Below, piece after piece: positions 25,201 to 36,250 of a DNA stretch of 64,000 bases. The notes under the pieces are model-generated. The model saw only the letters and a list, made by a program, of their open reading frames with translations. It ran no database searches and had not been told where the DNA came from. Position numbers and translations under genes: made by a program. This DNA is from Octopus sinensis (lineage: Eukaryota): NCBI RefSeq assembly GCF_006345805.1, contig NC_042998.1, forward strand, positions 15,624,001-15,688,000, written 5' to 3'. Numbering within the stretch: the stretch's first letter is position 1; every line of letters starts with the position of its first letter.

Positions 25201-26132
25201 GAAACAACAAAAGCTATAAAACAAATGAAATCCAAACTAAAAATAGAACAGCAACGAACCATGATAAAACGAGGCAACAAAAGCCCGTTCATGGTAAATA
25301 CTGCACTAAACTAAACGCAAAAGAAATAGACAAAGAAAAATCCCAGCAATGGTTGAGAAGCTCAGGACTCAAAGCAGAAATAGAGGGATTTTTAATTGCA
25401 GCACAAGACCAAAGCCTCCCCACCAGAATTACCAAAAACATGTAATGAAAAGAAATATTACAAGTAACTGCAGAATATGTGGAGATGGACAAGAAACAAT
25501 AAATCATATATCTCTAGCTGCCCAGTCCTGGCTAAGAAGGAATATATTCACAGACATGACAGAGTTGGAACCTACATACATTGGAAGCTATGCCAACATT
25601 ATGGAATAACAACAGAAAAAAGATGGTATAGGCACACACCAGAAAAGGTCACAGAAAACGAGAAAGCAACCATACTCTGGGATATGCCGATACACACAGA
25701 TAGAGAAATTAAGGCCAACAGACCAGATATAGTTGTCAGAGATCATGAAGAAAAAAAAATGCTTTCTAATTGATGTATCAATACCGGCAGATGACAACGT
25801 TTCTCTAAAAGAAATGGAGAAACTCTCAAAATACAAAGACCTGGAAATAGAGGTAACTAGAATGTGGAATCTGAAAACAGAAACAATTCCTATCATAGTA
25901 GGTGCATTAGGCATGATAAAAAAATATTCAGACAAATACATAACAAAAACACCAGGACTTACAAACACATATAACATACAGAAAGTTGCACTACTGGGCA
26001 CTGCACACATCCTACGCAGAACACTTTCCATACAATAACCATCAGAGCATCACAACAAATCACAGCACATATCCAAGGCACACAGAGCTCGGTAGTGAAG
26101 TGAAAGCACGCTATAAAAATAAAACTACTGAA
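22282..26132 (+). mobile_element. Near-full-length R4/Dong-clade non-LTR retrotransposon (single ORF: RT, CCHC, restriction-like endonuclease), frameshifted
   Basis: N-terminal RRKWTREEY..NKLANVRR. RT motifs NWKAPGHDKIPNFWLK, NYRPITCLPTMFK, EEQKGCRK, AWIDYKKAFDSIPH, GIFQGDTLSPLLF, LLYMDDLKLYA. CRICGDGQETINH..C and RHDRV; RLE ILWD..RPDIVV..LIDVSIP..KYKDL; end IQKVALLGTAHILRRTLSIQ. (TAA)n on both flanks. Confidence 0.93.
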
Positions 26133-26166
26133 TGATAATAGTAATATTAATGATAATAATAATAAT

Positions 26167-26330
26167 AGGGGCTGCAATAAGGGTGGAGCACTTGCAGGAA
26201 ACAACACTGCTTGGAACCGCTCGAATAGCCCGGATGGTGCTCTGGAAATAAGGGTTGTTACCTTAGTTCACTGGTAATGAACAACTGGCACCGTAGCACA
26301 TCTCCAGCGATAGAAGCTGTGCTAAGAGAA
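26167..26330 (+). mobile_element. 3' fragment of a second R4-clade family in the TAA tail
   Basis: VEHLQETTLLGTARIARMVLWK* resembles the R4-type C-terminal LQK.ALLGTA.ILR motif, with a different 3' UTR, followed by (TAA)n. Confidence 0.6.
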
Positions 26331-26399
26331 TAAATAATAACAATAATAATCGTTCCTGCTATAATTACAAGGCTAGAAATTGTGAGGGTTAGTGGAGGT

Positions 26400-26726
26400 T
26401 TAGCCATGTGTTGAGAGTAATTCTTTGGAGTTTGAAAAATTCACCTCTGGAAACATGGGTGTTTCATTCAACATCCTTAAACAATCCTTAGTCAAGGACC
26501 ATTTGATTGGGATGGGCTACTCGACCAGAAGAAAATTCTGAGCCCCACCTGCAAGCTCATGCGCTGTTTATCTTGATATGAGATCACTATGACGCGCACA
26601 TATGTTTGTGATACATGTGTCTGGTGTAACCTTACTATGTAGTCATTATGAGTATACTGGGCTTCGTACATTTTACCCCAGTGATATTTTGATAGCATGA
26701 TCTCTCTCTCTCTCTCTCTCTTACTC

Positions 26727-26727
<1 letters not shown>
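26400..26727 (+). mobile_element. Retroelement 3' end (same family as 2728-2899)
   Basis: ..GCCCCACCTGCAAGCTCATGCGCTGTTTATCTTGATATGAGATC..TTTTACCCCAGTG..CTCAATAATAAT. Confidence 0.7.
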
Positions 26728-26776
<49 letters not shown>

Positions 26777-26794
26777 TGATGATGATGATGATGA

Positions 26795-26945
26795 TATCAT
26801 TTTCTACTAAAGGCACAAGACTTAAAATTTAGGGTGAGAGCATTAGTCGATTTCATTGAGTTTTTGGGTATACCGGGCTTCGTACATTTTACCCCAGTGA
26901 TATTTTGATAGCATGCTCTCTCTCTCCTCTCTCTCTCTCTTACTC

Positions 26946-26985
<40 letters not shown>

Positions 26986-27137
26986 TAATAATAATAATAA
27001 TGATGATGATGATGATGATATCATTTTCTACTAAAGGCACAAGACTTAAAATTTAGGGTGAGAGCATTAGTCGATTTCATTGAGTTTTTGGGTATACCGG
27101 GCTCGTACATTTTACCCCAGTGATATTTTGATAGCAT

Positions 27138-27187
<50 letters not shown>

Positions 27188-27192
27188 TACTC

Positions 27193-27200
<8 letters not shown>
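26795..27200. repeat. Tandem duplication of a SINE-tail / retroelement-tail junction with (CT)n and (TAA)n
   Basis: TATCATTTTCTACTAAAGGCACAAGACTTAAAATTTAGGGTGAGAGCATTAGTCGATTTCATTGAGTTTTTGGGTATACCGGGC occurs at ~26795 and ~27019. Confidence 0.85.
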
Positions 27201-27240
<40 letters not shown>

Positions 27241-27293
27241 TAGTAATAATAATAATAATAATAACAATAGTAATAATAATAATAATAATAATA

Positions 27294-27325
<32 letters not shown>

Positions 27326-28072
27326 TAATTTTCTACTAAATGCATGATGATGATAATGATGGTAATATTTTCTACTAAAGGCACAAGATCATTAGGATCA
27401 TTAATATGACAATAATAATCACCATTCTTTTAATCAACATCAATTTTATTTCATGATTATTTACCGACCTTCGCAATAATGATATTTTCCATTTTTTCTC
27501 CCAACATATTTTGTATGAAGTTTTGTTTAAGTTTATAGATTCGTTAACGAAATAAACACAAAGCCTACAATTTCTTAAAACCGTATACTTCAGTGTAGAG
27601 ATAATATTTTAGAGTCAATTAGCAAAGTCTTTCGGAGGATAACTAAATGAAGAGGGAGGAATTTGAGAACTAAGACGAGAAAGATATTGGGAGGATTACA
27701 GAGTACTGAAGTGAATAGATTCAACTGTCTATTCAATTCACTTGTCTTAGGGTGTAATATCACGAGATTCTGTTTCTAATATTACAAGATGCAAAGTTCA
27801 AGAGAATGAAAGCAAGATGGTAAAACACTTCGGCTGTTATATAAACAAATGGACATAGTTGACTTATACTACAAACTTTGATGTCTATTGGCTTCTATAT
27901 ATATTTAGTAATGTTTATATATCAACAGAATCTAGATGTCCAATAAAGGTCGATATTACTGTTGTTTTAGCCCCAAGAAAACAACATTTATAGCTGATTA
28001 TCGACTCAGAGTCTGTGTCCTTATAGCATTTGCGAGGGAGGTCATCGCTCCTATCTCTAGCCTTACGTGATA

Positions 28073-28116
28073 CTCACAGACCTAAATTTCTGGATGCTAT
28101 TCTTTCTCAGTGTGAG
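28073..28116 (-). ncRNA. Fossil hammerhead motif in a relative of the 10 kb fold-back family
   Basis: Minus: CTCACA CTGAGAA A GAAT AGC ATCC A GAAA TTTAGG TC TGTGAG. Helix I is a perfect 6 bp; G8>A lesion. Confidence 0.5.
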
Positions 28117-28207
28117 ATAATCACAAGCTAGTGACAAAAGGTCTCTCCACAATATATATATGTGTGTATATGTGTGTGTAACGCTATACATTTATACACA
28201 CACAGGG

Positions 28208-28275
<68 letters not shown>

Positions 28276-29057
28276 ACATATATAACTATGTCGTAATTAT
28301 GTGTTCATATAAATATGTGTGTATATATATAGTTAACATACATGCATATGCATATATGTTTAAGTTCACGTGTTTAAGATTGTTCCTTTACATGAGTGCA
28401 TGCAAAATTATTTGTGTTTCTGGGTTATATACACATATATGATAATACGCATGAGTTTCGGAGACAAGAAAATACACACACGTATATTTATATATCTCTA
28501 CTAAAATCATATATACATTATAAACAGTGACATTCATATGGATATATGCTAATATATGTTTGTGTGTGTATGTGCGTAGGAGTCGTTCATATAGTAAATA
28601 CTTAGTTTAATAATTCTGGTCACAATATGTGTTAAATCATTACCATAAAATTTTGTTGGATGTAAATTTGAGTCATTATACGAATATATATTTATATGTA
28701 TAGATAAAGACACTGACATTTCTCTGTCTCTCTTTCTCTGTGTATATATGCGAGTGCGTGCGTGTGCGTGCCCACATGGGTATCTGTGTGCATATTTATA
28801 TACATAAACTGTACATACATATATAATACTCATACATACATGCATACATATATACATATGTATATGTATATATATAAATATCTATATATGTATCTATGCA
28901 TGTATATATCCATGTATGTTTATATGCGTGTATGTATGTATTTGTATATCGGTAAAGATGCTAGTATGTGTACGTAAACTTTGTGAGACTATGCATAAAT
29001 CTATTATTTATGTCTATTTGCAACTATGGTACGAGTGAATATTTAAATCTATCTAAA

Positions 29058-29132
<75 letters not shown>

Positions 29133-29164
29133 ATATGTATATACATACATTATATATATATAAT

Positions 29165-29370
29165 CATCGTTTAAGCGTCTGCGTTCCATACTAGTATGAG
29201 TTGGACGATTTTGACTGAGGGCTGGCGAACCAGATGGCTGCATCAGGACCCAATCTTGATCTGGCAGAGTGTCTACAGCTGGATGTCGTTCCTAACCCCA
29301 ACCACTCCGAGAGTGTAGTGGGTACGTTTTACGTGCCACCGGCACGGGGGCCAGTCAGGCGGGACTGGCA
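29165..29370 (-). mobile_element. SINE/LINE-tail fragment, family C
   Basis: GTTTAAGCGTCTGCGTTCCATACTAGTATGAGTTGGACG..CTACAGCTGGATG..CCTAACCCCAACCAC..TTTTACGTGCCACCGGCACGGG is recognised as an abundant octopus-type repeat end (recognition only). Confidence 0.5.
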
Positions 29371-29384
29371 TATATATATATATA

Positions 29385-29512
29385 TGCAAGATTAATCAGC
29401 CGAAATTGCGAGGATGATTCGGTCCTTGACTGAAGATTAGGGGCTTCGAATGATCCGTCCGTGTTTTTTGTATCGTCTGTTTGAATGTTCTGCGTTCTTG
29501 TCCCATTTTGTA
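29385..29512 (+). repeat. Interspersed repeat, with further copies at ~38370-38575 (-) and ~39760-39995 (+)
   Basis: Shared CAAGATTAATCAGCCGAAATTGC..GATGAT..GGTTCTTGACTGA..GGCTTCGAATG..CCGTCC. Confidence 0.75.
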
Positions 29513-29679
29513 TTTATATATATATATATATGTGTGTGTGTGTATTTAGATGCATATTTATGTATATGTGTATTTACGTACTATACATAACTACACACAC
29601 TTCTCCATAAATGCACACATAAATATATAAAATACATGAAGACCACGTATACTGGAGTAGATTTGTATGGAGCTGTATA

Positions 29680-30125
29680 ACTTAGATATGTTCAGTTAAG
29701 TTTTGTGATATCATGGTCCGTTTGAGTAGGGAGCTCTGGTTGAGTGAGTTGTATTCGTGTATAAGTGGCTTATCCGGTATACATTGAATAAATTTCTCCC
29801 GATTAAGTTTAAAGTTCATGAAATCCTTTTCCTCTTTGATCTGTTTCGGGACAATGTTAAACAGGGTAGCTCCTGTAGTGAAAAGAGATTATGTTGCAAT
29901 GTATTTATGTTTTGTCAACCTAAATTAAATAAGGGACGTATGCCCTGTGGTCTCAGTCTTAGATGAATTTTCAAGCTAATGCTGAAGTCGTTTGGGCCAT
30001 GCTGGTTGCATATTCTCCACATCGTGCAAATGATGTAATGCTCACGGCGGCGCTGTAGAGAATAGATTTTCAATGTTTTAAGGCAGTCCCAATAAACGAG
30101 ATCAGTCATGCCTTTAATTCTTTGA
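29680..30125 (-). mobile_element. CR1/L2-type LINE 3' fragment
   Basis: LVYWDCLKTLKIYSLQRRREHYIICTMWRI (L.Y.ERL..L.LYSL.RRR motif), then GATLFNIVPKQIKEEKDF..KPLI. Confidence 0.75.
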
Positions 30126-30401
30126 GCGAATGACCTCTCGGGTGATTTAATTGTTGAAATGTTTTGTTTTGTATGGAGAGACCACCGGAGGCATCAATAT
30201 TCACGGAGTGGATGTACAGAGGACAAGAAAGAGACACGATGACATCTTGTTCTCTGAACGGGAAGGATCTTAGGAGCTCATCCTACGAGCTATGTCGACC
30301 ATAACCACTAAGCCACGCATCTTCACACACACACACACTCACACACACACACACAAACTCGCACACATATACAGGCATTTATATACTGATATATATATAT
30401 A

Positions 30402-30953
30402 TATACCAATTAAGGACTGAACACGAAAAGTGGACAGTCAACATGCTAGATATAAACGTCAAATAGCCATTCTCCACAAAAGATTATGTTCTGAAATCAA
30501 ACTCAGCACAAAACCAAAGCAATAAACAAGTGAAAATATACGAAATAAAATAATTACCCATGTACTGATCAGTTTCGGCTATTATTATCCGCAAGGATAA
30601 CTGTAGCATTCATCAGCATGGTCTGTTATGAATGCAATTTGCTGGACTAGATGCAAAAACGATACCGGAGTATCGCGTGCGTGGAGTTCAACCTATTACA
30701 TTCGAATGTATCTTTCAAATGCCTTTACTTTGGCGTGGTGAGACACGAAAAAACCAGCCTGCAGCTAATAATTAGCAGCAGTCAATTCATCGGTTAGAGA
30801 ACATATTTATTTATATATTCCCACTTGTTTATTGCTTTGGTTTTGTGCTGAGTTTGATTTGAGAACATAATCTTTTGTGGAGGATGGCGATTTGACGTCT
30901 ATATCTAGCATGTTGACTGTCCACTTTTCGTGTTCAGTCCTTAATTGGTATAT
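30402..30953. repeat. Inverted repeat, 130 bp arms (30402-30532 / 30822-30953) with a ~290 bp spacer
   Basis: TATACCAATTAAGGACTGAACACGAAAAGTGGACAGTCAACATGCTAG..AATAAACAAGTG is mirrored. Confidence 0.9.
30558..30621 (-). ncRNA. Type I hammerhead motif in the spacer
   Basis: Minus: CCATG CTGATGA AT GCTA CAG TTATCC TTGC GGATAA TAA TAGC C GAAA CTGATCAG TA CATGG. Core intact, palindromic helix III (ACTGATCAGT), 5 bp helix I; the closing pair of helix II is mismatched. Confidence 0.65.
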
Positions 30954-31087
30954 ATAAATACTTTAATCTTCGGATTCTTTTTTAATATGCTAGACCACTG
31001 GTTTTAATTGATAAATATCAATTTCTACCCTTAATTAATTTTTATATATATATATATTATATATATATATAATATATATATATATAT

Positions 31088-31119
<32 letters not shown>

Positions 31120-32200
31120 ATATTCGTCACCTTAGATATGCTTCGATCAAAGATTGGCCCAGGCCATATCTAACGTGACTGAACCAATTGATTTTCTATA
31201 TAAGAAATTGGTATGACAACGGATATGAACATCTTTGTTATGATCTTCATTAGCTCCATTTCTTTATTTACTGTCATTATAATTTCTTATTATCACTCTG
31301 TACTCGACTGGCTCTTTGCATTGAAGCATATATATATCGAGTTCTCAGATCGAGTTAACAACGCGATACCTCTGCAATATATTATATGTGTGCGTGTGTG
31401 TATGTGTGTGAGGGTACGTGCGCATGAATGATCGTGGGTGTGTGCGTTTATGTATAACACACACACATACATGCATACATTTGTCCGTTGTCTTAGTGCT
31501 TGAAATTTCAGGATTAAAATTTCCCTTGACTTCTTTGTTGCTTATTCTAGCAATGTGAATCATATGTTGAGAATCTTTGACATTTGTTTAAGAACTTACC
31601 AAACACCAAATATGTCACTTTATTCGTAGGGGCACCAAGAAACTGATTCTTTTTCTGGTACATAGCCATATGAGATGCCGTATTTTCTTTTGCTCTAAAT
31701 GTCGATCTCAAACAGAGGAAATCAAAGTTGACATAAAATGGTTTATTCAAATGCAGAAAGCCCTGACAGATATCGCTAAGTTTTCGACAGATAACATATA
31801 TAAGAGAAAATCAGCGGCTTGAAAACTCGGAAAAAAAGGTGACAGTTCACCATTAAATATAAGCTCATTGTGACCAAAGGTTAACAACTAGAAATGAAAT
31901 GTTAACAACAAGCACAATATTATTAATGTCGATCAATACAATGAATATAACAGTTAGGTGATAAAGACCAACCTAAAGAGACAAAATGAATATTAGTAGT
32001 TGACTTCGACAACAATATTAGTCTTAGCTTTTTCACGTCGGTTCGAGAAATGCAAAACAACATACACCATATAACCAAATGCATACATACATACATACAT
32101 GTATGTATAAATATTTATGGTTCAAATTTATAGAACAACGAAGACAGATGTACGAAGAAGCAAGTATTATAAGTCTGCCGCTCAGAGAAAATAGAAAACT

Positions 32201-32236
32201 CTTTTATGTTTCGAGCCTACGCGTTTCGACAGAAAG
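32201..32236 (-). ncRNA. Family H2 ultra-minimal HHR-like motif (decayed)
   Basis: Minus: CTTT CTGTCGA A ACGC GTAG GCTC GAAA CA TA AAAG. Confidence 0.45.
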
Positions 32237-32401
32237 CAATAAGAGGAAATAGAGAGAGAATGAACAAAACGTTTTGAGTGGGACAATATATATATATACC
32301 GGAGTAAACACATAAATTTTAAACAAGGTGGTAAAAATAGTACTCAAATACCAGAGGTAGAGTAATATACTTTATTTAAAAGCAGTTTTGTTAATTTAAC
32401 A

Positions 32402-32445
32402 AAACTGTCCGACGTCCGGGAAGGTGAAACTCCGAGTAACAGCTT
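32402..32445 (+). ncRNA. Compact hammerhead-like motif inside a small inverted repeat (32365-32479)
   Basis: AAA-A-CTGT CCGACGT CC GGGAA GG T GAAA CTC C GAG TA ACAG-C-TTT; flanked by ATACTTTATTTAAAAGCAG / CTGCTTTTAAATAAAGTGT. Confidence 0.55.
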
Positions 32446-32530
32446 TTGTTCAGTTTCTGCTGCTTTTAAATAAAGTGTATATATAATATATATATATTAT
32501 ATATATATAATATATATATTATATATATAT

Positions 32531-32572
<42 letters not shown>

Positions 32573-32575
<3 letters not shown>

Positions 32576-33296
32576 ATCAATATAAGGGTAACAAAAAATT
32601 CAAGAAAAATTTTCTGCCACCAGCTGTCGAGTGAGAAAATAGAAATAGTCACAGACTATATGATACATTCAGCAAAGTATTAAGGAATGACCCTGAGAAG
32701 GTCGTTCGACTCACTTGAAAAGAGCAGCTAAAACTCAAAACCGCAAAAAATAGTAAACTGAAATTTTTCAAGTGAGTCGAACGACCTTCTCAGGGTCATT
32801 CCTTAATATTTTGTTGAATGTATCATATAGTCTGTGACTATTTCTATTTTCTCACTTGACCGCTGGTGGCAGAACATTTTTCTTGAATTTTTTGTTACCC
32901 TTATATTGATTGATTAATGAATTTTTGACTAATTCTGAAATTTGTATCAGCAGCTTATATTTGCTGCGGAGTTGATGGCGCGATTACGGTGAATTCGAAA
33001 ATTTACGATATATAGACCCGAGGCTTAGATAGTGTAGCCTCGTGTATATATATCTGCCTCCTATTTTGGTGACTTTGCTGACGAGAAAAGCCAAGCGTAA
33101 ACGGATTTAATTTAATTTAATTAAATTTGATTGCGTGAAGATGTTGAAACCTTGCAGGGTACAAAGTTTGAAGGGGATAAATGTTTTTTATTTTCCTCTA
33201 GTTTCAGAATTACTACTATTTTTTGCGGTTTTGAGTTTTAGCTGCTCTTTTCAAGTGAGTCGAACGACCTTCTCAGGGTCATTCCGTAATATTTTG

Positions 33297-33297
<1 letters not shown>
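32573..33297. mobile_element. Fold-back plus partial-tandem non-coding element (family H3)
   Basis: 32573-32730 is the reverse complement of 32764-32915; TTTTCAAGTGAGTCGAACGACCTTCTCAGGGTCATTCC recurs in direct orientation at 32764 and 33248 (period 484 bp). Confidence 0.85.
33072..33167 (+). ncRNA. Type I hammerhead ribozyme with intact catalytic core
   Basis: ACTTTG CTGACGA G..(61 nt helix II region, GATTTAATT/AATTAAATT and GCGTAA/TTGCGT)..T GAAA CCT TGCA GGG TA CAAAGT. Perfect 6 bp helix I, palindromic TGCA loop, GUA cleavage triplet (predicted cut after 33161). Confidence 0.75.
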
Positions 33298-33336
<39 letters not shown>

Positions 33337-33361
33337 GAATGTCTGTATAGACAGATAGATT

Positions 33362-33540
33362 CTTTTACTCTTTTACTTGTTTGTTAGATGTTTCATTGTG
33401 GTCATGCTGGAGCATCACCTTTAGTCGAACAAATCGACCCCAGGAATTATTCTTTGTAAGCCTAGTACTTATCGTATCGGTTCATTTTGTTGAACCGCTA
33501 AGATACGTAGGATGCAAACACTCCAAAATCGGTTTTCAAC
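33362..33540 (-). mobile_element. SINE family A 3' fragment
   Basis: TTTTACTCTTTTACTTG..GTCATGCTGGAGCATCACCTTTAGTCG..TTCTTTGTAAGCCTAGTACTTAT. Confidence 0.7.
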
Positions 33541-35741
33541 GATCATATTTATAGAAGACTCTTTAGACTCTGACGTCTTTGACTCCCAATGCCTTCAAAC
33601 CATTGAATGGTAAACAAAAGAATATTATACACTGTTTTCTATGTTCTGCTTGAAGAGAGGCTTTGGAATCTGAAGCTATTAGTGCCTGGTTCATTTATTT
33701 CAGCGACGTTATTCACACGTGGATGAGATATCTAAGTAGATATTTGCCTTTTAATTTGTATATAAGTCTGGAGAGTTGTATATACACTGCGGAATATTTT
33801 GTTCCTGGGGTATGTAGAGCCGTTTATAATCATATATATATATGATTTTGTTATACTGATGAGTAAACACGGGTTTTTCCCGTTATTCCAAAAATAATTG
33901 ATCCATAGCTGAATAGTAGAGGATAATCTCATGACTGGTCTTAAACTTTTTTATATGTTCCCCGCTACGTCGTGTGTTAGTATCAAGTGACAATGTTTGG
34001 TGTCGTAATTCAAGGCTGACGCAGTTGACTGAAGAAGTCGAAACAATCAATGTTTTCTGTCAAGTGTTTGCAGAGAATGTCCGTGCTTTAGTGTCACGTG
34101 GCAGTAAATCTTGCACCTAAAAAAAAAGGCCGAAATACTTAAGTGAACATGTTAAGTTATAATCGAGGCACTCCAAATTTGATCTGTTTCGTGGAAGAGT
34201 GGACAGGGGTCTTTTGTATGTAGTTCAATGGCTACAATTTAGATTGTTAGCTGTGTAGCTTTCTCATGATAATTGGCAGAATGAATTTTCATTTTGAATA
34301 GTTATTTGTGTATGTGCTCTGCTAAAATTTGATAAGTCTTGGTTTGTTATTTTTGTATGAAAGTATTTTCTGTGTTAATCCGTCCTGCATCTATGGTATT
34401 CACTCAAGATCGGTAAAGTGGAAAGACTGGAAGTTGGCAGACTTATTTTTCACTTGATACTAACGCACAGACGTAGCAGGGAATCTACAGACATTTATAA
34501 GACCGGTCAGATAACTATAGTCTACCAATCGAATCTTATTCAAAATATATACCAATTTGAGCCATGAACTCCCCATGAAAACAGGGCAAACTTCAAACGC
34601 CAATCAGAAGCCAGACAGTTGTTACATAAGCCACGTCTTTCTATTCGTACTTTTGACAATCAGTGTAAACTGTGAAACCGGTTAAAGCTTCAAATACATT
34701 AATAAAACATATTTCAACTATTCTCAGTGTATTTTCAACTATGATTTTTCCTGTGTATCTATGTCTCACCTTCCGTTTTTACATATTTATCAATATTCAT
34801 GTAAACACATTGTTACGTTTACGAATTTGTTTTACAAGAATCCTGATGTGAAATCGTGTGTTGTAACTGATATTGTTATATTTTATGATTGTCATTCTTT
34901 TTCTCTTACCAAACACATGCATTATGTATTCATTCTTCACTGGTTTATTTCTGCTTTTATATTATGTCCAGTGTATAGAGATCTTTCGTCACACACTTGT
35001 AACTTCTTCAGCGTCTTTCCATCCCACGTGTCTTCTGTTGTGCTTAATCTTTTCTGTCTTTCTACGGTGTGTATCCTCATTGTCGCATGCGTTTGCTTTT
35101 GTATCTGTGGCTGTAAGTGCTTGGGTGTGTTCGCATCTGTATGTAATTTGGGTGTGTGTTTTTGTGTGGGTATATGAGTTTGCTTACTACACTGTGTGTA
35201 TCCGTGCCTTTTATGTATTTGACTATTTACTTACTACGATATCTCTATCTTCCCCATTTCACCTTAAGTATGTGCATTTGTGTCTTGTGTGTGTGTGTGT
35301 ACAAAGGTTTATAGATAATGCTGCTTGTATCTTTTTGTATATGTCTCCTGTTTTGTTCCCATTCCGTCATTAGTGGTCATGTTACATATTGTGGTGGAAG
35401 GTGATGCTATTGTTCCATTCGTGTTTTCTGGTAAGTGGCTCAGTAATCTGTCTGTTTTCGTGTCTGTTCTTTGTGTCGATAATACTTTAACATCTGTTAT
35501 TAGCCGAATCTCTATGTTTTAATTGAGCATGTTGTTAGACGAATGAGGAGGTTTTCTCATCTTTGACCTCCGGTTAGTCATCACCTATCTACACCGCTAT
35601 GATATGTGCCGACTAACCATACAGCTACACGTATTTATATAAAGTTAATCCAAACAAGAAAACACCAAAAAAAACAACAACGCGAGGACGTGGAACAAAT
35701 ATAGTATTATTGGACGCTCAGGAAAGAAGGAAAGAAGGAGC

Positions 35742-35776
35742 GTTTAACGTTTCGAGCGGAGCTCTTCGTCGGAAAC
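35742..35776 (-). ncRNA. Ultra-minimal HHR-like motif in an H2-related repeat (35655-35845)
   Basis: Minus: GTTT CCGACGA A GAGC TCC GCTC GAAA CG TT AAAC. Helix I GTTT/AAAC covaries with CTTT/AAAG in H2. Confidence 0.55.
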
Positions 35777-35974
35777 ATAGGAGAAGGAAAGATCCAGAGA
35801 AGGGAAGACAGAGGAAAAAAAATCGCCAACGGTACACATGCTCATATATATATATATTACATAGAATGCTGATGTAACAGCAATTTATATGTATGTATTT
35901 ATATTTACACACACGATTGTATGTCGGATGTATGTCTAAAATACAATGCCCACTATAAACTTAGATAAACTTAG

Positions 35975-36250
35975 ATATATTTCGACCAAAGATTGGTCCA
36001 GGCCATGTCTAAATTAATAGCACCACCTGATAGGATTATTCGAATCCTGTTTAAGGCAAGTTTTGTTTAAGTCAAGATTTGTTCAAGTAGTGAGTTCTTG
36101 TTGGGTGTGTTGTATCAAGTTTTGTTCAAGTAGTGAGTTCTTGTTGGGTGAGTTGTATCCAATAATGGGTGGCTTGTCTGGTATTCTTTGAAGGAATCTA
36201 TTCAGACTCCGTTTAAAGTTGATGGGATCCTTTTCCTCTTTGATTATCCC
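35975..36250 (-). mobile_element. CR1/L2-type LINE 3' end with an internal ~41 bp tandem duplication
   Basis: KEEKDPINFKRSLNRFLQRIPDKPPIIGYNSPNKNSLLEQ; TTTGTTCAAGTAGTGAGTTCTTGTTGGGTG occurs twice. Confidence 0.7.

Noticed and set aside
29420-29465. CTGAAGA..GGCTTCGAAT..CCGTC in the 29.4/38.4/39.9 kb repeat family
   Set aside because: GAAT instead of GAAA, and no helix I pairing in any of the three copies.
32690-32745. CTGAGAAG GTCG TT CGAC TCACTT GAAA in the H3 arms as a second hammerhead
   Set aside because: The core is not CUGANGA, helix II does not abut GAAA, and there is no helix I or III complementarity.
34027-34050. CTGAAGA AGTC GAAA CAATC
   Set aside because: There is no room for helix II and no helix I; treated as chance or a deletion remnant.
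34654-34700. CTTTTGACAA TCAG..CTGT GAAA CCGG TT AAAG as a C3U/G8A variant HHR
   Set aside because: The helix I register does not fit without assuming a deletion; too degenerate to call.
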